Origin: Actinomycetota bacterium
GTDB taxonomy: Bacteria > Actinomycetota > UBA4738 > HRBIN12
NCBI GenBank assembly: GCA_029858935.1
Contig: JAOUEA010000001.1
Span: 1-63,409, forward strand
DNA length: 63,409 bases
Reading direction: 5' to 3'
The position numbers and the translations under genes are program-made. Positions 9,581 through 18,995 of the stretch are shown one piece after another. Each line of letters begins with the position of its first letter. The stretch's first letter is position 1. The notes beneath the pieces were generated by a model. It was not told the DNA's origin and made no database searches. It saw only the letters and a program-made list of their open reading frames with translations.

Positions 9581-10261
9581 GTGAGCGAAGAGGTGAGCGT
9601 CTCTTACGACGATGTGGTCGCGTTGATGAAGACGTATGCGGCGGCGATCGCCGAGAACAAGCAATCCCTGACCGAACTGGATTCTGCGATCGGCGACGCC
9701 GACCACGGCATCAACATGGACCGCGGTTTCCAGGCGGTGATCGGCAAGATCGATACCGTCACGTCCGGAGATATCGGAGCCCTCTTCAAGACCGTCGGCA
9801 TGACCCTCGTGTCGACCGTGGGCGGCGCCGGAGGGCCGCTCTACGGCACGCTGTTCCTGCAACTCGGCGTCGCCACGGCGGGCAAGGATCGGATCACGGC
9901 CGAGGACTGGTCTGCCGCCCTCACGGCGGCGGTCTCCGGCGTACAGGCACGAGGCAAGGCCGAATCGGGCGACAAGACGATGGTCGACGCGCTGATCCCG
10001 GCACGCGACGCATTCGCGGCCGCCCTGACCGACGGAGCGGATCTGCCCGCGGCGCTCCGTCGGTCGGCCGACGCCGCCGAGGCGGGTATGACGGCCACGA
10101 TCCCGCTCGTGGCTCGCAAGGGGCGCGCGAGCTACCTCGGGGAACGCAGCGCCGGACACCAAGACCCGGGTGCGACTTCGAGCGCCCTCTTGCTTCGTAC
10201 CGTCGCCGACGCTTGGGCCGGCGACGCATCGACAACCACCGAGGAGGCCCACGATGGCTGA
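9581..10261 (+). CDS. dhaL: dihydroxyacetone kinase, ADP-binding DhaL subunit
   Basis: [23 protein letters not shown] and RKGRASYLG motifs. GTG start follows AAAGGGG. Confidence 0.9.
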   Translation: MSEEVSVSYDDVVALMKTYAAAIAENKQSLTELDSAIGDADHGINMDRGFQAVIGKIDTVTSGDIGALFKTVGMTLVSTVGGAGGPLYGTLFLQLGVATAGKDRITAEDWSAALTAAVSGVQARGKAESGDKTMVDALIPARDAFAAALTDGADLPAALRRSADAAEAGMTATIPLVARKGRASYLGERSAGHQDPGATSSALLLRTVADAWAGDASTTTEEAHDG

Positions 10262-11750
10262 GTACGTCGGTGCCCTCGACCAGGGCACAACGAGCACGCG
10301 ATTCATGATCTTCGATCACAGCGGCAACGTGGTCGGCATCGACCAGAAGGAGCACGAGCAGATCTTCCCCAAGCCGGGGTGGGTGGAGCACGATCCCGCC
10401 GAGGTTTGGGCTCGCAGCCAGGACGTGATCGCGGGGGCGCTCAAGGAAACGAGCATCCCTGCCGGCGACCTCGCGGCCATTGGCGTCACGAATCAGCGTG
10501 AGACGACGGTCGTATGGGACCGCTCCACCGGGCAGGCGATCCACAACGCGCTCGTGTGGCAGGACACGCGCACCGACCAGATCTGCAACGAGCTCATGGC
10601 CGACGGGGGCCAGGATCGCTTCCGGGACCAAACGGGACTGCCGATCGCGACGTACTTCTCCGGCCCGAAGGTCCGCTGGATCCTCGACAACGTCGACGGG
10701 GCCCGGGCCAGAGCCGATGCGGGAGAGCTCGCGTTCGGCAATATGGACACCTGGTGCATCTGGAACCTGACCGGCGGCATCGAGGGCGGCCAACACGTCA
10801 CCGACGTGACGAACGCGAGCCGCACGATGCTGATGGACCTCGAGACACTCGATTGGGACGACGGATTGCTGGACACGATCGGCGTCCCGCGGACGATGCT
10901 TCCCGAGATCCGCTCATCGAGCCAGGTCTACGGCGACGCGGTTGGACTCGCGGCCGGAGTGCCCGTCGCGGGTGACCTCGGCGACCAGCAAGCCGCGCTG
11001 TTCGGCCAGACGTGCTTCGACGTCGGCGAGGCGAAGAACACCTACGGCACCGGCTCGTTCCTGCTGTTGAACACAGGCACCGAGCCCGTCCCGTCGAAGA
11101 GCGGCCTCATCACGGGAGTCGCGTACAAGATCGGCGATCAGCCGGCCGCCTACATGCTCGAGGGGTCGATCGCGATCACGGGCGCGCTCGTGCAGTGGCT
11201 ACGCGACAACCTGAAGATGATCGACGCCGCCCCCGAGGTCGAGGAACTCGCGCTCTCGGTCGAGGACAACGGGGGCGTGTACTTCGTTCCGGCCTTCTCC
11301 GGATTGTTCGCGCCGTACTGGCGCACGGAGGCGAGAGGGGTCATCGCCGGCCTCACCCGGTTCGTCAACGCCGGCCACATCGCACGCGCCACCCTCGAGG
11401 CCACCGCCTGGCAGAGTCGGGAGGTCGTCGACGCGATGAATGCCGACTCGGGCGTCGACCTCACCTCACTGAAGGTCGACGGGGGCATGGTGCACAACGA
11501 GCTGCTGATGCAGACGCAGGCAGACGTGCTCGGCGTGCCGGTGATCCGCCCGACCGTGGCCGAGACCACGGCTCTCGGCGCCGCCTATGCCGCCGGACTG
11601 GCAACCGGCTTCTGGAGCAGCATCGACGACCTGAGGGGCAACTGGGGCAAGGACAAGGAGTGGACCCCGAAGATGGATGCCGATGCACGCGAGCAGCAGT
11701 ACGCCATGTGGAAGAAGGCCGTGACGCGTACGTTCGACTGGGTCGAGTGA
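10254..11750 (+). CDS. glpK: glycerol kinase
   Basis: Starts [17 protein letters not shown] with a FGGY-family core. ATG 10254 follows GAGGAGG and overlaps the dhaL stop. Confidence 0.92.
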   Translation: MAEYVGALDQGTTSTRFMIFDHSGNVVGIDQKEHEQIFPKPGWVEHDPAEVWARSQDVIAGALKETSIPAGDLAAIGVTNQRETTVVWDRSTGQAIHNALVWQDTRTDQICNELMADGGQDRFRDQTGLPIATYFSGPKVRWILDNVDGARARADAGELAFGNMDTWCIWNLTGGIEGGQHVTDVTNASRTMLMDLETLDWDDGLLDTIGVPRTMLPEIRSSSQVYGDAVGLAAGVPVAGDLGDQQAALFGQTCFDVGEAKNTYGTGSFLLLNTGTEPVPSKSGLITGVAYKIGDQPAAYMLEGSIAITGALVQWLRDNLKMIDAAPEVEELALSVEDNGGVYFVPAFSGLFAPYWRTEARGVIAGLTRFVNAGHIARATLEATAWQSREVVDAMNADSGVDLTSLKVDGGMVHNELLMQTQADVLGVPVIRPTVAETTALGAAYAAGLATGFWSSIDDLRGNWGKDKEWTPKMDADAREQQYAMWKKAVTRTFDWVE

Positions 11751-11765
11751 AGCCGGGAGGCTGCC

Positions 11766-12014
11766 ATGACCGAAGAGAAGGATCGCGACGAGCACGCGGA
11801 GCACCAAGGCTCCTTCGCAGAGGGACAAGCCGAGCACGATCCCGACGAGGATCAGCACGGGGACTTCGCCGAGGGCCAGGAGACCGAACACCACGAGCCC
11901 GGCGGGGTCGAGAAGGGCACGTTCGCCGAAGGACAGACCGACGAGGACGAGCGTCCAGTGACCCCCGAGCGAGGCGACTTCGCCCGAGGGCACGAACATG
12001 AGGGAGAGGACTGA
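11766..12014 (+). CDS. acidic His/Asp/Glu-rich miniprotein with four G-x-F-A-E/R-G-Q/H repeats
   Basis: 82 aa carrying GSFAEGQ, GDFAEGQ, GTFAEGQ and GDFARGH, spaced 10-12 residues apart. GGGAGG lies 7 nt upstream of the ATG. It is wedged between glpK and the glpA-like gene on the same strand. Confidence 0.6.
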   Translation: MTEEKDRDEHAEHQGSFAEGQAEHDPDEDQHGDFAEGQETEHHEPGGVEKGTFAEGQTDEDERPVTPERGDFARGHEHEGED

Positions 12015-12046
12015 GCCCGGTCGCCGGATCGTGGCATGATCCGCCG

Positions 12047-13231
12047 ATGAGCGGGGGTGGAGATTCGGCGCCTCTCGTGTTGATCGTCGGTGGCGGGGGG
12101 ACCGGGGGTGCCCTCGCCCACGATCTGACCTTGCGAGGCGCGCGCGTGGTCTTGGTCGAGCGCGGCGAGTTCACGTCGGGCACGACTGGGCGTCACCATG
12201 GCTTGCTGCACAGCGGCGCCCGATATGCGGTCAACGACAAGGAATCGGCGCTGGAGTGCATCGAGGAGAACACGCTCCTGCGACGCATCGCCCCCGGCTC
12301 GTTCGAGGAGAACGACGGCCTGTTCGTGGGGCTGACCGACGAAGACATGGCGTACCTTCCTGCGTTCCTCGAGGGCTGCGAAGACACAGGCATCCCCACG
12401 CAGGTGCTGCAGCCCGACGAGGCCCTGCGCCTCGAACCGATGCTGAACCCCGTGCTCAAGGTCGCCGTGCGCGTGCCTGACGCGACGATGGACGCGATGC
12501 GCATGCCCCTTCGTTTCTTCGCCACGGCGAAAGCCAACGGCGCCGACCTTCTCAACTGGGTCGATGTGATCGACATCGATCTCGCAGGAGGGGTGGTCTC
12601 GGGCGCGACGGTGCGCGATCAGGTGACCGGGCGTCAGACCCATATCGGCGCCGACCTCGTCGTGAACGCCACGGGCCCGTGGTCGGAGCAGGTCGCACGC
12701 ATGGCGGGCGTCGATGTGCCGATCCGCCCCTCCCCTGGTGTGATGCTCGCGGTCCGCGGACGCCTGTGCAACATGGTGGTCAATCGGCTTCATGCATCCG
12801 GAGACGGCGACATCGTGGTTCCACAGCGAGCGCTCTCGATCGTCGGCACGAGTTCGTGGGTGGTCGAGGATCCCGACGACCTGGGCGTTCCTGCCGACCA
12901 CGTGCAACGCATGATCGACGAGGGCTCCATGCTGGTGCCCGCCGTACGCGAGGCGCCGTTCCGCTCGGCGTGGTCGGCAGCGCGCCCACTGATCGGCTCG
13001 CGGGACGATGCGGATTCCGGCAGGGAGCTTTCACGCACCTTCAAGACGATCGATCACGCGGTGGACGATGGCGTCGAAGGCTTCGTCACGATCACCGGGG
13101 GCAAGGGCACCACCCTGCGAGGCATGGCCGAGGTCTGTGCCGACGTCGTCAGCCGAAAACTCGGCCTCGACATGCCCTGCGCCACACGGGAGACGGTTCT
13201 CCTCCCTCACACGGCGGCCTATGCGGCATGA
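12047..13231 (+). CDS. glpA: GlpA-type FAD-dependent glycerol-3-phosphate dehydrogenase, lacking the C-terminal BFD-like 2Fe-2S domain
   Basis: IVGGGGTGGA...SGTTGRHHGLLHSGARY....ITITGGKGTTLR aligns by eye along E. coli GlpA up to about residue 400. The protein stops at 394 aa. Confidence 0.8.
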   Translation: MSGGGDSAPLVLIVGGGGTGGALAHDLTLRGARVVLVERGEFTSGTTGRHHGLLHSGARYAVNDKESALECIEENTLLRRIAPGSFEENDGLFVGLTDEDMAYLPAFLEGCEDTGIPTQVLQPDEALRLEPMLNPVLKVAVRVPDATMDAMRMPLRFFATAKANGADLLNWVDVIDIDLAGGVVSGATVRDQVTGRQTHIGADLVVNATGPWSEQVARMAGVDVPIRPSPGVMLAVRGRLCNMVVNRLHASGDGDIVVPQRALSIVGTSSWVVEDPDDLGVPADHVQRMIDEGSMLVPAVREAPFRSAWSAARPLIGSRDDADSGRELSRTFKTIDHAVDDGVEGFVTITGGKGTTLRGMAEVCADVVSRKLGLDMPCATRETVLLPHTAAYAA

Positions 13232-13977
13232 GCGACGCGGTGCGAACGCTTCGAGTACATCGCTTCAAACGAGGAGATGACGCGCCGCGCGTCGAAGAGC
13301 ATCTCGTACCGGCACACGAGGGCACGACGGTCCTCGAGGCGCTCCGCTGGATCCAGCTGCAGGAAGACCCGACGCTCGGGCTCCGCCATTCGTGTTTCCA
13401 CGCCTCGTGCGGGACGTGTGGGGTGCGGGTCAACGGAAGGGAACGTCTGGCGTGCGTCACGAGGCTTTCCGATGTGGAAGGCGCCGTCATCGTCGATCCG
13501 ATCGCGAACCTGCCCGTGCTGCACGATCTGGTGGTCGATATGGCGGCGTTCGTGGCTCGCTTCCCGCAGCCGCATCCGATCGTGCGCGAGAGCGAGTTCC
13601 TGCCTGAGTCGTCGCCGGCCGACGGCATCGACGATCACGAGCGGTACGAGGACTGCATCGAGTGCGGCCTGTGCCTGTCGGCATGCCCGGTGGCGGCCAC
13701 CGATGACACCTACGTGGGCCCCGCGGCCCTCGCGTACGCCCAACGCATGATCGAGGAGTCCCGGGGGGGCGACCGCGAAGCACTACTCCATTGGGCCGAC
13801 CAGGATGCCGGAGCGTGGCGGTGCCACGCGGCCTTCGAGTGCACCGAGGCCTGCCCGAGCGACGTGCGTCCAGCCCAGCGCATCATGGCCCTGCGCCGGG
13901 AGCTGCGGGGCCGCCGCACCGATCATGACCGTGCCGTGCCCGACCGTCCGGCCACCGTCACCGGGGCCTCGGCGTGA
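13228..13977 (+). CDS. SdhB/FrdB-like iron-sulfur subunit
   Basis: Has a 2Fe-2S pattern (CFHASCGTCGVRVNG...LAC), then CIECGLCLSACP and CHAAFECTEACP cluster motifs. The ATG overlaps the glpA stop (ATGA). Confidence 0.8.
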   Translation: MSDAVRTLRVHRFKRGDDAPRVEEHLVPAHEGTTVLEALRWIQLQEDPTLGLRHSCFHASCGTCGVRVNGRERLACVTRLSDVEGAVIVDPIANLPVLHDLVVDMAAFVARFPQPHPIVRESEFLPESSPADGIDDHERYEDCIECGLCLSACPVAATDDTYVGPAALAYAQRMIEESRGGDREALLHWADQDAGAWRCHAAFECTEACPSDVRPAQRIMALRRELRGRRTDHDRAVPDRPATVTGASA

Positions 13978-14435
13978 GCGAGCGGTCACCGAGGCAAGGG
14001 CGGGACGCAGGGGTCGACGAGATCCTCGAAGGGCGACGCGAGCCGGGTCCCGTCGCCCGGAAGCTCCCGGGGCCGGTCGCCTGGTTCGACATCCGCGGTC
14101 GGAGCACTGGCCACCTCGCGTTCTCGCTCAACCGGATCACCGGGCTCGGCCTCGTCTTCTACCTCTACCTGCACCTGCTGGTGCTCTCGACCCTGCTTCG
14201 GGGCGAAGGCTCGTGGAACGGCTTCCTCGAGATCGCCACGACCCCGCTGTTCCTCGGCTTCGACGTGCTGCTGGTCTTCGGTCTGCTGGTGCACGGTCTC
14301 AACGGCACCCGTCTCGCGCTCGTCGGAAGCGGCTTCGTGCCGAACCGCCAGAAGGCACTGTTCTGGTCGTTCATGATCTTCGGCGCGATCGTGCTGGTGT
14401 ACACGGCGATCCACGTCTTCGGATCCGAAGGTTGA
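13974..14435 (+). CDS. SdhC-like membrane anchor (cytochrome b-type)
   Basis: Three predicted TM helices and an HLAFSLNRITG..LHLL motif like Sdh/Frd anchors. GTGA overlap with the preceding gene. Confidence 0.65.
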   Translation: MSERSPRQGRDAGVDEILEGRREPGPVARKLPGPVAWFDIRGRSTGHLAFSLNRITGLGLVFYLYLHLLVLSTLLRGEGSWNGFLEIATTPLFLGFDVLLVFGLLVHGLNGTRLALVGSGFVPNRQKALFWSFMIFGAIVLVYTAIHVFGSEG

Positions 14436-14812
14436 TGGCGACCGGCCCAGCGATCGCGACCGGCTCCCCGCGCTCACGCAGCTGGCGGTGGACGGCCATC
14501 ACGGGGGTCTCGCTGCTGGCACTCGTGACGATCCACATGGTGGCTCACCACTTCGTGGTCGACGAGATCGGCGGCCTCCGCACCTACCAACACGTGCTCG
14601 ACTACATCAGCACTCCGATCATCTTCGTGATCGAGGGAGGGTTCCTGGTCGTCGTCACCATCCACGCGATGCTGGGGTTGCGCTCGGTGCTCTTCGACTT
14701 CGGTCTGTCCGAGAGACGACGGCGCCTGGTGGAACGCGCTCTCGTCGTCCTCGGGGTCGCGACCGTCGCGTACGGATTCGCGTTGATCGGCATCCTGGCC
14801 TCGAGGGCCTGA
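14435..14812 (+). CDS. SdhD-like membrane anchor
   Basis: Three TM helices with WRWTAITGVSLLALVTIHMVAHH. The ATG shares 1 nt with the preceding TGA. Confidence 0.6.
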   Translation: MATGPAIATGSPRSRSWRWTAITGVSLLALVTIHMVAHHFVVDEIGGLRTYQHVLDYISTPIIFVIEGGFLVVVTIHAMLGLRSVLFDFGLSERRRRLVERALVVLGVATVAYGFALIGILASRA

Positions 14813-14823
14813 GGAGTCTTCCG

Positions 14824-17328
14824 ATGGTCGGCATCGTGATCGTCTCGCATAGCTACGACATCGCCGAAGGAGTCGCGGCGCTCGCGCGCGAGATGGGCGG
14901 CACCGAGGTCAAGCTCGAGACCGCTGGAGGCCTCGACGCCGTCGAAGGCCCCGATGGACCTGAGCACCCGATCGGAACCGACGCCGTCCGGGTCATACAA
15001 GCGATCGAGCGGGCGTGGTCCGACGACGGGGTGCTCGTGTTGATGGATCTCGGCAGCGCGGTGCTGTCCGCCGAGATGGCGGTCGACCTCCTCGGCTCGG
15101 AGCTTCGCGGCGGCATCTTGCTGTGCGAGGCGCCGCTCGTCGAGGGCGCTGTCGCAGCGGCCGTTACCGCCAAGCAGGGCATGTCGCTGGAGGCGGTCGC
15201 AACGGAAGCACGATCGGGACTGGCGGGCAAGGCCACCCATCTCGGAACCGCACGTGCTGCCCTCGACGCTCCCGGCGCCGCGGAAACCGAGGTCGTCGAC
15301 GGCGACGCCGTCGTCGCGGTGATATCCGTCGACGTGCCCCACGGACTGCATGCGCGGCCCGCAGCCCGGTTCGTTCAGACCGCCACCGGCTTCGACGCCG
15401 CCGTCACGATCCGCAACCGCACGACCGGCGCCGGCCCGGCGCACGCGACGAGCCTGAACGCGGTTGCCACGCTCGGCGTCCACGAGGGCCATGAGGTGGA
15501 GCTACGGGCAACGGGTCCACGTGCCGGGGATGCGGTCGCCGCCTTGCAGGCTCTCGCGGCACGCCGGTTCGACGAGCCGGTGGGCGATGGAGAGGCGACC
15601 TCTGAGGTCGCCTCTCCGGCGGCGGTGGATGCCCGCGCCGAGTCGACCCTCGCTGGCTACGGCGCCTCCCCCGGTATGGCGGTCGGCGAGCTCCGCCGGT
15701 TCCACACGGCGCCGATCGACGTGCCCGACGCACCGGCCGGCGACGCCACGTCCGAGTGGGCGGCGCTCCAGGAGGCACTGGCCGAGACCGCCGACGCGAT
15801 CGCGGGACAGCGTGAGCGGGTCGCGATCGAGGCTGGTGAGGAAGAAGCCCGGATCTTCGACGCGCACCTGCTGTTCCTGCGCGACGAGGCGCTGTTGCAG
15901 CCGGCCCGCACGGCGATCAACGAACGGGGGCAGGCCGCCGCCCCTGCTTGGCGAAACGTGGTCGACACTGTTGCCGCGACATGGGACGAGCTCGACGACG
16001 CGTACATGCGGGCGCGGGCGGTCGATCTTCGAAGCGTCGGTGCGCAGGTGCTTGCCCGCATCCTGGGGATCGAGATGCCGGCCCCGCGACTCGACAGCCC
16101 GGGCATCGTGGCCGCCGCCGAGCTCACGCCCGCCGAGACGGTGGGCCTCGATCCCCGAACCGCGCTGGCGATCGTGACGGTGCACGGTGGGCCGACCTCG
16201 CATGCGGCCGTGCTGGCCCGGGCACTAGGCGTCCCCGCCGTCGTCGGCGTCGGATCTCGCCTGCTCGCGATCCCAGAGGGAGTGAGGCTCGCGGTCGACG
16301 GTGTCACCGGGCACGTACACGTCGACCCGGCCGACGACGTCGCGGAGCGATTCGAGCGTGGACGTCGCGAACGGGAGGAGGGCCTCGCCGCCGCGCGAGC
16401 CCGGGCCGTCGAACCGGCGGCGACCCTCGACGGCACCCTGATCGAGGTGGCAGCCAACGTCGGGAGTCCCGGCGAGGTCGCGGGCGCCGTCGAGGCGGGC
16501 GCGGACGGCATCGGGCTGTTCCGCACAGAGTTCCTGTTCATGGGTCGCGACTCCGTGCCGAGTGAAGACGAACAAGAGGCGGCGCTCAGAGCCGCCGCGA
16601 TCGCTCTGGAGGGACGCCCGCTGCTCGTGCGCACCCTCGATGCCGGGGCCGACAAGCCGATCGCCGCGCTCGCGCAGCCTCGAGAACAGAATCCGTTCCT
16701 CGGGGTCCGAGGCATCCGCCTCGGCCTCGCCCATCCCGAGGTGCTGCAGGCCCAACTCAGAGCTCTGCTGCGCGTCGCCGTCGATCACCCTGTTCGGGTC
16801 ATGTTCCCCATGATCGCCACCGTCGACGAACTCGTGGCGGCCAGCGCGGCCCTCGACCGGGCCCGCAGCGACAGCGCCGTCGCCGCTCCGATGGAGGTCG
16901 GCATCATGGTCGAAGTTCCCTCGGCGGCGCTCATGGCGTCGACGCTCGCTGCCCACGTCGACTTCCTCTCGATCGGCACGAACGACCTGACGCAATACGT
17001 GCTCGCCGCCGATCGCGGCAACGAGCACGTCGCGAGACTGAACGACCCCCTGCATCCAGCCGTGCTCCGACTGATCGCGGCGACGGTCGAAGGGGCAACG
17101 GCGCACGGGCGATGGGTCGGCGTATGCGGCGAGCTCGCCGCCGATGTGAACGCGACCGCGCTTCTCCTCGGCCTCGGCGTTCGGGAGCTCTCGATGGCCG
17201 CGCCTGCGATCGCGACCGTGAAGGACGCCGTGCGTTCCACGAACCTCGACGATGCCCGCAGCATGGCTCGCCGCGCGCTCGCCTGCCCGGGCGTCACCCA
17301 GGTGCGCAGGCTGCTCTCGGCTCCGTAG
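14824..17328 (+). CDS. dhaM: DhaM phosphotransferase fused to HPr and a complete PTS Enzyme I
   Basis: EIIA(Man)-like N-terminus (GIVIVSHS), HPr (HGLHARPAA), EI phospho-His (GGPTSHAAVLAR) and the EI C-terminal PEP domain (GTNDLTQY, VCGELA). GAGGAG lies upstream of ATG 14824. Confidence 0.85.
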   Translation: MVGIVIVSHSYDIAEGVAALAREMGGTEVKLETAGGLDAVEGPDGPEHPIGTDAVRVIQAIERAWSDDGVLVLMDLGSAVLSAEMAVDLLGSELRGGILLCEAPLVEGAVAAAVTAKQGMSLEAVATEARSGLAGKATHLGTARAALDAPGAAETEVVDGDAVVAVISVDVPHGLHARPAARFVQTATGFDAAVTIRNRTTGAGPAHATSLNAVATLGVHEGHEVELRATGPRAGDAVAALQALAARRFDEPVGDGEATSEVASPAAVDARAESTLAGYGASPGMAVGELRRFHTAPIDVPDAPAGDATSEWAALQEALAETADAIAGQRERVAIEAGEEEARIFDAHLLFLRDEALLQPARTAINERGQAAAPAWRNVVDTVAATWDELDDAYMRARAVDLRSVGAQVLARILGIEMPAPRLDSPGIVAAAELTPAETVGLDPRTALAIVTVHGGPTSHAAVLARALGVPAVVGVGSRLLAIPEGVRLAVDGVTGHVHVDPADDVAERFERGRREREEGLAAARARAVEPAATLDGTLIEVAANVGSPGEVAGAVEAGADGIGLFRTEFLFMGRDSVPSEDEQEAALRAAAIALEGRPLLVRTLDAGADKPIAALAQPREQNPFLGVRGIRLGLAHPEVLQAQLRALLRVAVDHPVRVMFPMIATVDELVAASAALDRARSDSAVAAPMEVGIMVEVPSAALMASTLAAHVDFLSIGTNDLTQYVLAADRGNEHVARLNDPLHPAVLRLIAATVEGATAHGRWVGVCGELAADVNATALLLGLGVRELSMAAPAIATVKDAVRSTNLDDARSMARRALACPGVTQVRRLLSAP

Positions 17329-17364
17329 GGTGGGGCCGAGCCGGTACGATTCGCCAACGAGCCC

Positions 17365-17955
17365 ATGAGCACTCCGAACGCACGAGCCGCCGCATTCCTG
17401 GCGTTCATCACCTACCTGCGCATCGCGCTGACCCCTGTCGTGATGGCCATGGTGCTCGCGAGTGACCCTGCGCCATGGGTCGCACCCACCGCCGCCTTGC
17501 TGTTCGCCGGTGCCGCAGCCACCGACTTCTTCGACGGTCGCCTCGCCCGTCGCTGGAAGCAGACCTCGACGTTCGGGAGCTTCCTCGATACCGCCGCTGA
17601 CAAACTGTTGGTCTCAGGTGTGCTCCTCGCGCTCGTGGCAGTCGATCGCGTGTCCGCGTGGGTCGCATTCGTCATCGTCGGTCGCGAGCTACTCATCATG
17701 GGCCTTCGGGGCGCGGTCTCGGCCTCCGACGGCATCGTGGTAACGCCGTCGATGTGGGGGAAGTGGAAGGCCACGATCCAGTTCGTCGCGATCACGGTCG
17801 CGATCTGGCGGCCCGACGTCCGGATCGGTGAGTGGTACCTCGACCAATGGCTCATGGCGATCGCCGCCGCGATCACGATCGTCTCGGCCGTGCAGTACCT
17901 GGCGCGGTTCCTCACGGTGCTGTCGAGCCGCGACGAGACAGCCGCTGGGCGCTGA
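17365..17955 (+). CDS. pgsA: CDP-diacylglycerol--glycerol-3-phosphate 3-phosphatidyltransferase (CDP-alcohol phosphatidyltransferase family)
   Basis: Contains the family signature D-G-x2-A-R-x8-G-x3-D-x3-D (DFFDGRLARRWKQTSTFGSFLDTAADK). Confidence 0.85.
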   Translation: MSTPNARAAAFLAFITYLRIALTPVVMAMVLASDPAPWVAPTAALLFAGAAATDFFDGRLARRWKQTSTFGSFLDTAADKLLVSGVLLALVAVDRVSAWVAFVIVGRELLIMGLRGAVSASDGIVVTPSMWGKWKATIQFVAITVAIWRPDVRIGEWYLDQWLMAIAAAITIVSAVQYLARFLTVLSSRDETAAGR

Positions 17956-17958
17956 CCG

Positions 17959-18954
17959 ATGACCGGGCCGGTGTTCCTGACCGGCGGATCCGGGTTCATA
18001 GGTGGCGCCCTGCTCACCCGTTTGCTCGCCGACGGGCGCGAGGTGCGAGCCTTGGCACGGTCAGAGGCAAGCGCGAAGGTCCTCGCCGCACGGGGAGCGG
18101 CCATCGTGCGCGGCGACCTCTTCGATCATGGGTCGCTGCTCGAAGGCATGCGAGGTTGCAGCACCGTCTTCCACGTGGCCGGCGTGAACGCCATGTGCGC
18201 CCGCGACCCCGACCCGATGCTGCGCACGAATGTCGAGGGCGCCGCCGCGGTCGTCCGGGCCGCCGCAGCCGCGCGGGTCGCGCGCCTGGTGTTCACGTCG
18301 TCGGCAAGCACGATCGGGGAACAGATCGGCGAGATCGGGCGAGAAGACACCGCACACCGAGGTTCGTTCCTCTCCCACTACGAGCGTTCGAAGTTCCTCG
18401 GGGAACGGCGGGTGCTCGGCTTGGGCGAGGAACTCGGCGTGCCGGTCGTGTGCGTGAATCCCTCTTCGGTGCAAGGGCCCGGGCGAACGGGCGGTTCCGC
18501 CACACTCCTCCTCGACATCGTCAACGGGCGACTCCCGGTGCTGGTGAACACGTGGTTGTCCGTCGTCGACATCACGGACTGCACCGCTGCCCACGTGCTC
18601 GCCGAAGCATCGGGCGTGCCCGGACGACGCTACCTCGTGAGTGGCGCTTCGTTCGACGTTCGAGCTGCCGTGACCCTCTTGCGCCGAGTATCCGGACGTC
18701 CTCGCCGTGCCTGGTTCGCGCCACGTGCGGTGGCGACGTTCGCCGGCATCGCGGGGGGTGCCGCCGGGCGTCTGCTCCGCCGGAACGGGCGAATCTGTCC
18801 CGAGACGGTGCGGACGCTGCTCCATGGCCATCGCTTCGACGGTTCGCTCGCCGAACGCGAACTCGCACTCGACTACACGCCCATCGAGACCACCATCCGG
18901 CGCACGCTCTCGTGGTATGCGGAGCGGGGCCTCGCACCGCCGCCGATAGGATGA
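17959..18954 (+). CDS. NAD-dependent epimerase/dehydratase (extended SDR)
   Basis: N-terminal TGGSGFIGG Rossmann motif; 331 aa. Confidence 0.75.
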   Translation: MTGPVFLTGGSGFIGGALLTRLLADGREVRALARSEASAKVLAARGAAIVRGDLFDHGSLLEGMRGCSTVFHVAGVNAMCARDPDPMLRTNVEGAAAVVRAAAAARVARLVFTSSASTIGEQIGEIGREDTAHRGSFLSHYERSKFLGERRVLGLGEELGVPVVCVNPSSVQGPGRTGGSATLLLDIVNGRLPVLVNTWLSVVDITDCTAAHVLAEASGVPGRRYLVSGASFDVRAAVTLLRRVSGRPRRAWFAPRAVATFAGIAGGAAGRLLRRNGRICPETVRTLLHGHRFDGSLAERELALDYTPIETTIRRTLSWYAERGLAPPPIG

Positions 18955-18995
18955 GGGTTGATCCCACCACGACGGCCCCTGACTGAGGAGGACCC

